A DNA stretch of 64,000 nt from an uncultured Planctomycetia bacterium (GTDB taxonomy: Bacteria; Omnitrophota; Gorgyraeia; 1-14-0-20-64-10). The stretch covers positions 691 through 64,690 of the forward strand of contig CAZQXN010000003.1 in NCBI GenBank assembly GCA_964597545.1. Reading direction: 5' to 3'. Shown here in pieces: positions 8,708 through 16,792 of this stretch. The stretch's first letter is position 1, and every line of letters begins with the position of its first letter. The notes beneath the pieces were generated by a model, which saw only the letters and a list, made by a program, of their open reading frames with translations, was not told where the DNA came from and made no database searches. The position numbers and the translations under genes were made by a program.

Positions 8708-10374
8708 AATTGCCTGAGAACCGCTTCGGGAAACCGGCTGGATTGAAGTACTTCGTCTACGCCCGGAAATCTTCCGAAAGCGAAGATAAGCAGGTGGCCT
8801 CAATCGCTTCCCAAATTGACGAACTCAAGACCGTCGCCAGGCGGGAAGGTCTGAAAATCGTCGAAACCTTCACGGAGGAAAAGTCCGCCAAGGCCCCCGG
8901 TCGGCCCGTCTTTACCCGCATGATCGAGCGTATCCATTCCGGCGAGGCCCAGGGAATCATCTGCTGGAAGCTGGACAGATTGGCCCGAAACCCCATTGAC
9001 GGCGGGACGATCAGCTGGATGCTCCAGCAAGGGGCCATCCAACACATTCAGACGTATCAGAGAAGCTACCTCCCTACCGATAACGTCCTGATGATGAGCG
9101 TTGAGTTTGGCTCTGCTAATCAGTTCATCCTCGATCTGAGCCTGAACACCAAGCGGGGTATCCGTCGAAAAGTCCAAGAGGGCTGGCTGCCTCACAAACC
9201 CCCCATCGGCTATTTGAACAACAAATACAGCGATCCGAACAAACCTCCGATCTACAAAGATCCCGAAAGATTCGATCTGATCAAGAAGATGTGGGGCGTT
9301 CTACTCCAACAACAGCATTCCCTTATGCAGATGAAGCAACTGGCGGATGATTGGGGCTTGAGGTCAACCAACGGCAAGAAGCTGTACCGAAGCAAAATCT
9401 ACGACATTTTCACCAACCCCTTTTACTACGGTGTCATCCGATGGGAAGGCGAAATCTACCCTGCCAAGCATGAGCCGATGATTACCCAAGCGGAGTTTGA
9501 ACAAGCACAGAAAATCCTCTCAGGCAGGTATAACGCAAAACCGCATTACAGAAGTTTTGCCTTCACCGGCCTGATGCGCTGCGGAGAGTGCGGAGCCGGT
9601 ATCACGGCAGAAGCCAAGACGAAGATTCAGAAAAACGGCAACGTCCACCACTACACCTACTACCGATGCTCAAAGGCCATAGACCCGCATTGCTCCCAAA
9701 AGACCCTGCGGGAGGAACGGCTGGAAGAACAAATCCTCGACACCCTGGGGCAGATCACGATACCGGCGGAGTTTCACCAGTGGGCGATCAAACACCTGAA
9801 AGAGGAACAGGCCAACGAGATCGAAGATCGGGAGAAAATATCAAAATCTCAGCAAACCACCCTGGATTCCTGCAAAAGACGGTTGGATGCCCTGCTCTCT
9901 CTGCGCTTGAATGACGAGATTGACGCCCAGGAATTTAAGCGGGCCAAAGCAGAACTGATCTCAGAGAAGAACCGTCTTGAGGAATTGATTGGGGACGCCA
10001 ACTACCGGATGGAGACCTGGCTGGACAGGGCGGAAAAGACCCTGGCGTTTGCCGAGACAGCCAAGGAGCGGTTTGAAGCGGGCGATTTGGAAGCCAAGAA
10101 GGAGATTCTTGCCTGCCTGGGGTCGAACCTGATTTTGAGGAATAGAACCCTTTCCCTCCGACTGAATCCCCCTCTGGAAATGGTGAGCCAGGTCGCACCG
10201 GAGGTACAGGCCCTTCATGAAAGCTTAGAACCTACGCAAGTGCCTGCCACACAAGAAGATTGGGAGGCTCTTTACGCCCAAAATGAGAAATGGGGTGGCC
10301 GAGGTGATGCTGATCGGACCCGGTACATTGATGGTGACGCTATGCACCTTATCATCGGTTTGAGCCATAGCTGA
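8704..10374 (+). CDS. large serine recombinase (resolvase/invertase catalytic domain + recombinase domain + zinc ribbon + coiled coil); element integrase
   Basis: N-terminus FVYARKSSESEDKQ...IICWKLDRLARN is a resolvase-type catalytic domain. Zinc ribbon CGECGAGITAE...YYRCS. 556 aa. Confidence 0.85.
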   Translation: MKLPENRFGKPAGLKYFVYARKSSESEDKQVASIASQIDELKTVARREGLKIVETFTEEKSAKAPGRPVFTRMIERIHSGEAQGIICWKLDRLARNPIDGGTISWMLQQGAIQHIQTYQRSYLPTDNVLMMSVEFGSANQFILDLSLNTKRGIRRKVQEGWLPHKPPIGYLNNKYSDPNKPPIYKDPERFDLIKKMWGVLLQQQHSLMQMKQLADDWGLRSTNGKKLYRSKIYDIFTNPFYYGVIRWEGEIYPAKHEPMITQAEFEQAQKILSGRYNAKPHYRSFAFTGLMRCGECGAGITAEAKTKIQKNGNVHHYTYYRCSKAIDPHCSQKTLREERLEEQILDTLGQITIPAEFHQWAIKHLKEEQANEIEDREKISKSQQTTLDSCKRRLDALLSLRLNDEIDAQEFKRAKAELISEKNRLEELIGDANYRMETWLDRAEKTLAFAETAKERFEAGDLEAKKEILACLGSNLILRNRTLSLRLNPPLEMVSQVAPEVQALHESLEPTQVPATQEDWEALYAQNEKWGGRGDADRTRYIDGDAMHLIIGLSHS

Positions 10375-10425
10375 AACTGCAGCCACCAACATAACAGCCA
10401 CAGACAGCGCAATTAACTTTTTCAT
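10225..10425 (-). pseudogene. 5' fragment (signal peptide + ~25 aa) of a paralog of secreted protein 11077..11643; truncated, overlaps recombinase 3' end on the opposite strand
   Basis: MKKLIALSVAVMLVAAVSAMAQTDDKVHSVTINVPGPISITSAT aligns with LALAGVAAADTDQATHSVSISVPKAPLSITDDTG of the downstream gene. Similarity stops after about 45 aa. Confidence 0.5.
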
Positions 10426-10724
10426 TGTTGCATCTCCTTGATTGATATAACTACCGTTGTTTTTGTTTCACCAAGACCGTCGCCCGATGCGCGGCAGGCC
10501 CCCCGCTCCCCAGGGGAGGCCTCCGGCAACGAGTTCGGGTCGCACCCACTTCACCAAAAAAATAGAAACGATGAAGCCGAAACAGCAACTGCATTCTTAA
10601 AAAACAAAGAACCCCAAGCGCCAGCCCTTCTCTTGAGGGTCCTGATGCTTGGGGTTCTTCGGTCCCCGATCAACCACTGCGGCTCTCCCGAGCTCCTTCT
10701 CGGCTCAACCGCTTTGACAAAACA

Positions 10725-10822
10725 GATTATGGCGTTCGGTAACCGGGCTACCATTATCAGGTCCCTCAGTTTTGCGTCCCTGGGTTTCCCCAGGTTTGCC
10801 TTTATCGCTCACCCAATTGTCA
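10725..10822. repeat. direct repeat copy A (~100 bp) containing hairpin CCTGGGTTTCCCCAGG
   Basis: Core tttgcgtccctgggtttccccaggtttgcctttatcgctcacccaattgtca matches 12193..12243 with a few substitutions. Weaker similarity extends ~50 bp further upstream. Confidence 0.7.
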
Positions 10823-11000
10823 AGTGTTTCTGTGTTGCAACCTAAATATACCCAAAATTCCCAGCTTTGTCAAGGGTTCATAAATATTTTTCTTAAGACT
10901 GCCTAAATATCCGGAATGAGCACGGATTTATATGTAATCTGTTGAGGATAAACAGGTTATGCTAAGTTAATGCAGGGATTTGTGCTGGGGATTGTGCTTG

Positions 11001-11046
11001 AAACCGAAAAAGCCGGCCTCCCTGGGTGCCCAGGGAAACCGGCTTT
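11001..11046 (-). terminator. rho-independent terminator for the minus-strand gene ending at 11077
   Basis: On the minus strand: AAAGCCGG-tttccctgggcacccagggagg-CCGGCTTT followed by TTCGGTTT. GC-rich stem plus U-tract about 30 nt after the stop. Confidence 0.6.
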
Positions 11047-11076
11047 GGTCGTGGGTGCGACCGGTCTTGCTGTCTG

Positions 11077-11643
11077 TTAGCTGTCTTTCAGTGTAACGGT
11101 AAGGTGGGCGGGATGAGCCCCGGCTGCCAGGTCCTGCTCTGCCTCTGCCCGCCAAGAGACAGTCAGGGTGCCGTTCAAAACCCTGGCCTGGTTACCGGTA
11201 GTTACTCCCTTGTCTGCCAAGGGGGTTAACTCATCCTCGATCTCCAGAAATCCCCCTCCAGACTCAATTAAGATGATGTTGCCGGCACTGCCCTCATTGG
11301 TAAAGCTGCCCACATCGGCTTGAACCTCTATATCCTCAAGCTCAGAACCAAGGCTTGCCGAGACCACCCCTTCCAGGGAGCTGGTTGGCAGACCATTGCC
11401 CTTGAGGCGGTAATTGACGACTTGGGTATTGGTCAGGGCGCCTTCAATGGGATCTTCAAAGGTGAGCGTAAAGTCGCCGGTATCATCAGTGATAGAGAGG
11501 GGGGCCTTAGGCACTGAAATGGAGACAGAGTGGGTCGCTTGATCGGTATCGGCAGCTGCCACCCCGGCCAAAGCCAAAAGCAGGCTTAAGGCCAGAGTGG
11601 CCTGCCTTCTTACCCCACCCATCCATCTGGAGGCTTGTTTCAT
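11077..11643 (-). CDS. secreted hypothetical protein (188 aa, signal peptide, Thr/Ser/Gly-rich beta-type composition)
   Basis: Signal peptide LALSLLLALAGVAAA, followed by its own terminator. A paralog fragment lies at 10225..10425. Confidence 0.6.
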   Translation of the reverse strand: MKQASRWMGGVRRQATLALSLLLALAGVAAADTDQATHSVSISVPKAPLSITDDTGDFTLTFEDPIEGALTNTQVVNYRLKGNGLPTSSLEGVVSASLGSELEDIEVQADVGSFTNEGSAGNIILIESGGGFLEIEDELTPLADKGVTTGNQARVLNGTLTVSWRAEAEQDLAAGAHPAHLTVTLKDS

Positions 11644-11764
11644 CGGGGAGCCGCGCCTCCTTTCACGCGAACCTATCCAGCTTACTTCCTCGGGTGCCGT
11701 CGGTCAACAAAAGAACTGTTTGGGGCTATGGGGCAAGCAGGGTCCGAATGGTGGCGCTCGCGCG

Positions 11765-11986
11765 CTAGCCTTCGGTCCCGGTTTTGCGGTGTCCGCTGTG
11801 CGGGTGGTTTGAGGAGGAGTCTGGGTGCTTGTGCTTCATTTCACGCGCTAACCATTGATCCAGAAGGGATTTCTTGAACCGCCACTGCCCGCCCAGCTTC
11901 ATGGCAGGCAGATCTGTCTCATGGATCAAGGTGTACAGCGTCATCTCGTGGATGGCCAAATAGTCGGCCACCTCCTTGATCGTCAT
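11765..11986 (-). CDS. excisionase-family (HTH_17 / MerR-like) DNA-binding protein
   Basis: MTIKEVADYLAIHEMTLYTLIHETDLPAMKLGGQWRFKKSLLDQWL is the classic excisionase-family HTH. I placed the start at the internal Met. The longer track ORF 11765..12136 extends into repeat B. Confidence 0.6.
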   Translation of the reverse strand: MTIKEVADYLAIHEMTLYTLIHETDLPAMKLGGQWRFKKSLLDQWLAREMKHKHPDSSSNHPHSGHRKTGTEG

Positions 11987-12139
11987 GAGATGGTCCTCTG
12001 GGTTATTCTCCAGCGGTACCGGTCCTTTTCCTTCCTCAGGTAGCGACCTATCCTTCTTGTGTGTCACGAAAAACTCCTTCCTGTGTCCCACAAACACAAA
12101 GCGGTCTGCCTCTCCGGTAACTGCCCGGCGAAGCAAACC

Positions 12140-12243
12140 GCGTATGACTCGTTTGGTTTCGGCGGCCGGGCTGCCACGTGAGAGGCCCCATAGCTTTGCG
12201 CCCCTGGGTTTCCCCAGGTTTGCTATTATCGTCCCAATTTGTT
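12140..12243. repeat. direct repeat copy B (~100 bp) containing hairpin CCTGGGTTTCCCCAGG
   Basis: ctttgcgcccctgggtttccccaggtttgctattatcgtcccaatttgtta matches copy A. Lies upstream (minus-strand sense) of the excisionase-like gene. Confidence 0.7.
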
Positions 12244-12355
12244 ATTGCACTTAACGTTCCTAATGCACTTGAAGGATACCTGAAAAACAGTGAAAATACA
12301 AGGCCAGTTGATAAAAATCTTGCAACCTTATGTAGAATAACGGGTTAGGTGCTAG

Positions 12356-13483
12356 CTATTCGTAGAATCGGGGGATCCTGGGGGTCAGCCCCGCCAGGAT
12401 CTCATAGGGGATGGTCCGGGCATGCCTGGCCAGCTCCCCGGTGGTGATCCGCTCCTGTCCCTGGGAGCCGATTAATACTACCTCATCACCAATCCTAACC
12501 TCAGGAATATCAGTGACATCCGCCATGAGGTCCTCCATGGTGATCTTGCCGACTACCGGAGCGCGCCTGCCCTGGATTAGGAGACAAGCCCGGTTAGAGA
12601 GGGAGCGGGGATAGCCGTGCGCATAGCCAATCGGGATGGTGGCCACCCGGGTAGGACGCAAGGCTTTAAAGGTGCCGCCGTAGCTGACAGACTGCCCCGC
12701 AGGGAGGGTCTTCAAGAAGCGCACCTGGGCCTTGAGGGTTAAGGGGGCCTTAAGCTCCAGGGGAAGCCGTCCTTCCCGAATGGGGCTGATCCCATAGAGG
12801 AGGAGACCGGTCCGCACCAGATCCAAGCGGGAGGCCGGAAATCTGACAAGCCCCACGCTGTTGGCCAGATGCCGGATGCCCGCCTCCAAGCCTGCCTGCG
12901 GCATCTTCTCCAGTAAGCGGGAAAAGCGGTTGATCTGGGCTGTGGTGGCCTCGGCACTTTGCCCGGCCATCGCCAAATGAGAGAAGATCCCCTGGAGTTT
13001 AATCCCTGGCAGGGTCGCCAGGTGCCGGGCAAGCTCAAGGGCCTCCTCATGCCAGACTCCATAACGGCCCATGCCGGTGTCCACCTTAAGATGCACATCG
13101 ACCTGGTGCTGGCGCCGGAGCCCCTCTTGGCTTAAGGCCTCGGCAATGGCGGCATCCCCCACCGCAGGGATGAGCCCATTCTCAACCACTCCGGGAACCT
13201 CATCCGGAAGAATCTGACCCAGGACAAGGATCTTTTGGCGCAGTTCATTCCGGCGGAGGGTAATCCCCTCTACGGCATGGGCGACACCCAATTGGTCGGC
13301 ACCTGCGGCAACCAGTGCGCGGGCCACCGGGAGCAAACCGTGGCCATAGGCATTGGCCTTGACCACGGCTAAAACCTGGGCCTTAGAGCCGACCAGCTGG
13401 CGGATCTGGCCAAGGTTATGCTCGAAAGCGCTCAGATCCACTTCGATCCATACCGGACCGCGGGAAATCGTTTTAACTACCAT
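12356..13483 (-). CDS. alr: alanine racemase
   Basis: PLP-binding motif AVVKANAYGHG near the N-terminus; 375 aa; typical length. Confidence 0.9.
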   Translation of the reverse strand: MVVKTISRGPVWIEVDLSAFEHNLGQIRQLVGSKAQVLAVVKANAYGHGLLPVARALVAAGADQLGVAHAVEGITLRRNELRQKILVLGQILPDEVPGVVENGLIPAVGDAAIAEALSQEGLRRQHQVDVHLKVDTGMGRYGVWHEEALELARHLATLPGIKLQGIFSHLAMAGQSAEATTAQINRFSRLLEKMPQAGLEAGIRHLANSVGLVRFPASRLDLVRTGLLLYGISPIREGRLPLELKAPLTLKAQVRFLKTLPAGQSVSYGGTFKALRPTRVATIPIGYAHGYPRSLSNRACLLIQGRRAPVVGKITMEDLMADVTDIPEVRIGDEVVLIGSQGQERITTGELARHARTIPYEILAGLTPRIPRFYE

Positions 13484-14148
13484 CCTGTGATGTTGCTCTC
13501 CTGAGAATAGAGATATTTTGGCACGAGGGCAGCCGTTTGCTCAAGGGCATTACCCGGCCAAGCCGATGCAGCCAATCGGCAAAGGTGATCGGCCCGGGGC
13601 ACCCATTGATCCTGCTCTGCGAGCTGCCAGTCTTGGGCTTGTTTCTCGGCGGCCAGCTGGTCATAGCGCTTCAAGCCGTCACCCACGAGGATGGCCGGCT
13701 CTGGGGCAAGCTTTAAGGCATCCTCTGGAAGGAGGAGCTGGTCCTCGATCAAGCGTCGGCCCTCAGAGGAAAAACGGGCGGTATAGACCTTGCCCTTTCG
13801 CGCATCCAAGAAGGGCTGAATGACGCCTAAAGCGGCTTGGACATTTTGAGCAATCACTTCCAGGCTCGAGACCGGTGCGACCGGTTTTTTCAGCGCCCAA
13901 GAAAGGGTTTTCGCCGTGGTCACCCCTACGCGCAAACCGGTAAAGGAACCTGGGCCGATGGAAACGGCAAAGCCGTCTATTTGCGCCAGCGTCAACCCGG
14001 CCTGTGTCAGGACCCGCTCAATGAGATCAGCCAACAGATCTGAGGCCCGGCCGGTCCCGGTCTCCTGCAGGAAACCCTTGGGGCGGCCCTCTTCGGCAAC
14101 CGCTACTGAGAAGGTGGGGCTTGAGGTTTCGATCCCAAGAAGGATCAT
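13477..14148 (-). CDS. tsaB: tRNA threonylcarbamoyladenosine biosynthesis protein TsaB
   Basis: N-terminus MILLGIETSSPTFSVAV with the YeaZ-like fold signature. Adjacent to tsaE. Confidence 0.8.
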   Translation of the reverse strand: MILLGIETSSPTFSVAVAEEGRPKGFLQETGTGRASDLLADLIERVLTQAGLTLAQIDGFAVSIGPGSFTGLRVGVTTAKTLSWALKKPVAPVSSLEVIAQNVQAALGVIQPFLDARKGKVYTARFSSEGRRLIEDQLLLPEDALKLAPEPAILVGDGLKRYDQLAAEKQAQDWQLAEQDQWVPRADHLCRLAASAWPGNALEQTAALVPKYLYSQESNITGW

Positions 14149-14229
14149 GAGGATTCTCGCCGGAGTTCACCCTCGGCTACGACCGAGGACGAGAGCCTGC
14201 CCTCGGCCTGACCGAGGGATGACAAATTC

Positions 14230-14685
14230 TTAATTCCAGCTGCGCGCTTCATAGCTTTTCCCGTGGGGCACTAGGGTAAGGGTCCGGGTTTCGGTGCCGG
14301 TCACCTCAAAGCAAATCTCTAGGAACTCCGCGGGCAACACCTCGGGGATCCGGTTGGCCCACTCAATGACGGTCACCGCCTCCTGCTCGTAATGTTCCTC
14401 CAAACCCACGGTTTCGGCCTCGGGCATGCCCTCCAACCGAAACAGATCCGCGTGCACCAAGGGGATGCGACCACGGTAGAGGCGAATCAACACAAAGGAG
14501 GGGCTTGCCACTGAACGGGCATCGGCCCCCAAACCCTCGGCCAATCCCTGAACAAAGGTGGTTTTGCCGGCCCCCATCTGTCCGGTCAGGGCGATGACAT
14601 CCCGCGCCTGGAGCTTCTTGCCCAGGGCGCAGGCATATTGCCGGGTTTGATCGTCAGAGTCAGAGTAAAAGGGTGTTGGCTTCAT
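14230..14685 (-). CDS. tsaE: tRNA threonylcarbamoyladenosine biosynthesis ATPase TsaE
   Basis: P-loop GQMGAGKTTFVQG, SPSFVL and HADLFRL motifs. Start placed at internal Met (MKPTPF), giving a 4-nt overlap with the thiL stop. Confidence 0.8.
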   Translation of the reverse strand: MKPTPFYSDSDDQTRQYACALGKKLQARDVIALTGQMGAGKTTFVQGLAEGLGADARSVASPSFVLIRLYRGRIPLVHADLFRLEGMPEAETVGLEEHYEQEAVTVIEWANRIPEVLPAEFLEICFEVTGTETRTLTLVPHGKSYEARSWN

Positions 14686-15695
14686 TGAAAGTGCTGAAAT
14701 CCCCCGAAACGTATCGAGAGGCGCTTTCCCTTCGCGTCCACGCAAACCACCTGCTCCTGTCCAGAGCGCCGAGCAACCACGTGGCCCACGCAGGTTAAGC
14801 CGCTCTTGAGATTCTGCTTTGCCCAGCGCAGAAGCGGACCTGCCTGGGGCCTCGCAACCGCCATCAGCAGCTCAAAATCCTCTCCGCCACAGAGGGCTGA
14901 TTTTAGCTCAACGCCCCGGTGCCGAGGGACGCAGTCTGCTTCAATGACCGCCCCCACTTTACTCGCTGAGCAGATCCGTGCGCAATCGGTCAGCAAACCG
15001 TCAGAAAGATCGATCATGGCATGGAGCTTTGTCTGGATCCCCAAGGCGCGTCCCTCTGCAACCCGCGGGGTGAAGGTCAAGTGCCTGCCCGAGCGGACCG
15101 CCCCACCCAACCGACCTGTCACCAGCAGCAAATCCCCGGGTTGAGCCCCTGTCCGCTTGACCAGGTGCTTGGGCTCTACCTCTCCTAAGATGGCAACATC
15201 AAGCACAACGCCTCCGGATTGAACGGTGTCCCCTCCAACCCAGTTCACACCGAATCGCTCGGCGCATCGCCTCAAGCCCAAACTCAAGCGCTGCGCAGCC
15301 GCGTGCGGGCTTTTCTTGGGCAGCCCCATGGATACCACTGCATGGCGAGGCACGCCCCCCATGGCAGCGACATCACTTAAGGCAACTGCCATCCCCTTCC
15401 ACCCCACCGCCTCCAGGGAGGCCCCTTTGCGAAAGTGAACCCCTTCGACCAGCATGTCAGAGGCAAGCAGGGTGAGCTTTCCCCGTCCGCCAGAGAGAAC
15501 CGCGCAGTCGTCCCCTGCCCCCAAGAGGACGGACCGGTCCAATCGCAGACGGCGAGTCATCCGGTGAATAATCTCTGCTTCCGCATCCCGGAGGGTCTGA
15601 CCCTTTCGTACGTGATCGCTCCGCAGGCGCTGTACGAAAGGGTCTTGTACGAAAGGGTCTGACCCTTTCGTACTGTATGGGGCGCGGGCCATCAA
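14682..15695 (-). CDS. thiL: thiamine-monophosphate kinase (start uncertain; real start probably ~15575)
   Basis: AIR-synthase-related fold. GAGDDCAVL...LVEGVHF and GGDT motifs typical of ThiL. The N-terminal ~40 codons of the track ORF run through palindromic repeat B1. Confidence 0.75.
   Translation of the reverse strand: MMARAPYSTKGSDPFVQDPFVQRLRSDHVRKGQTLRDAEAEIIHRMTRRLRLDRSVLLGAGDDCAVLSGGRGKLTLLASDMLVEGVHFRKGASLEAVGWKGMAVALSDVAAMGGVPRHAVVSMGLPKKSPHAAAQRLSLGLRRCAERFGVNWVGGDTVQSGGVVLDVAILGEVEPKHLVKRTGAQPGDLLLVTGRLGGAVRSGRHLTFTPRVAEGRALGIQTKLHAMIDLSDGLLTDCARICSASKVGAVIEADCVPRHRGVELKSALCGGEDFELLMAVARPQAGPLLRWAKQNLKSGLTCVGHVVARRSGQEQVVCVDAKGKRLSIRFGGFQHFQ
15593..15674. repeat. palindromic repeat family B copy (GTACGAAAGGGTCTGACCCTTTCGTAC, duplicated)
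   Basis: GGGTCTGACCCTTTCGTACG ... TACGAAAGGGTCTTGTACGAAAGGGTCTGACCCTTTCGTAC, between the CPBP stop (15692) and thiL. Confidence 0.7.
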
Positions 15696-16789
15696 GGGAT
15701 CAGCACAGCCTTTAAGGTGGAGGCCAAGATTAAGATCGCGATGTTGTGAAAAACATGGATCGCAATGGGCGCTGCGAGGGAACCGGTCCGTTCATATACC
15801 CATCCAAACAAAAGCCCCAATCCAAAGATCGGAAAGAAGGCTGCCAGGTGCGCGTGAAGGGCGCCGAAGCAGACGGCTGTTAGAATCAACGCATGCCACC
15901 TGTGCACGCGGGTCCGAAGCCAGCCGTAGAGCACTCCGCGAAAGAAAAATTCCTCTGTGACCGGACCGACCACCGCAACCAAGACCAACAGCCATCCTAA
16001 GACTCCGGTGCGATCCTCAGACAAATACATGGTAACCACCGGCTGAGGCGGCGGTTCAATGGAGAGAGCCCGCAGTACCATCACGACACCCAAGAGAAGG
16101 ACGGCCAACAGGGGCAGTACAGTCAGGTAAGCGCCGAGTGCCAATTGAAGCTTGTCCCGAAGCTTCGGAGCGCCGGCTTCAGGTCTGGGGTAGCTGACAT
16201 CAGGGATTGGGTACCAGCAGGGATGGCACGGTGGGCCAGCCCTTCGAAAGAGGAGCCAAAAGGCCCCGACCAAAACCACGGCATCGATCAGGAAGGTGCT
16301 CATAAGGGCAACCCAATGGTGGTCAAATCCTGACATCTGCCCGCCCCTTGAGAAGAGCAGCGCCGTCACTGAGGCGAACTGCATCGCCACCAGGGCTACA
16401 AGCCCCAGGCGGAGGATCTGCCGAAATCCCCAAGTGGGCGGCGGGGGCGTTCCCAGCGGGCGGCTGACCGGAAGCCCGCGCAAAAGCTTCAAGATCCACC
16501 GCAGGAAAGCCGCGCCAGAAGCCAGCATCAAGAGGATGAGCCCAAAGAAAACCAGCTGCAGTCGTTGGCGCAGAGCCGGGTTGGTCTCCAATCGCGCCTG
16601 GAACTCAGCTTGATCCACAGCAAAGGTCTCTTGAATCTGCTCTTGAACAGCAGTCTCTTGCTGTTCCCAGCGCTGGACCCCTTCGGCACCCTGCTGCGCT
16701 TCCTGAACAGGTGGGTGGAGTGCGATCTCGGCAGACAACCCCAAACCAAACGCCACAAGCAGGGCAAGTTCCAATCGGCTGATCTTCAT
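15692..16789 (-). CDS. CPBP family (CAAX/Abi) intramembrane metalloprotease
   Basis: Multi-TM protein with EEFFFRG...FGALH C-terminal motifs. Confidence 0.75.
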   Translation of the reverse strand: MKISRLELALLVAFGLGLSAEIALHPPVQEAQQGAEGVQRWEQQETAVQEQIQETFAVDQAEFQARLETNPALRQRLQLVFFGLILLMLASGAAFLRWILKLLRGLPVSRPLGTPPPPTWGFRQILRLGLVALVAMQFASVTALLFSRGGQMSGFDHHWVALMSTFLIDAVVLVGAFWLLFRRAGPPCHPCWYPIPDVSYPRPEAGAPKLRDKLQLALGAYLTVLPLLAVLLLGVVMVLRALSIEPPPQPVVTMYLSEDRTGVLGWLLVLVAVVGPVTEEFFFRGVLYGWLRTRVHRWHALILTAVCFGALHAHLAAFFPIFGLGLLFGWVYERTGSLAAPIAIHVFHNIAILILASTLKAVLIP

Positions 16790-16792
16790 CGG

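Noticed and set aside
10438-10845. 135-aa plus-strand ORF, and the similar 11976..12254 ORF
   Set aside because: Both run through the direct repeats A and B, ending in similar peptides only because the DNA is repeated. No RBS or coding signature.
12308-12338. sigma70-like promoter (TTGATA ... TGTAGAAT)
   Set aside because: Spacer between TTGATA and TAGAAT is 19 nt, and it would fire antisense into alr. Not convincing.
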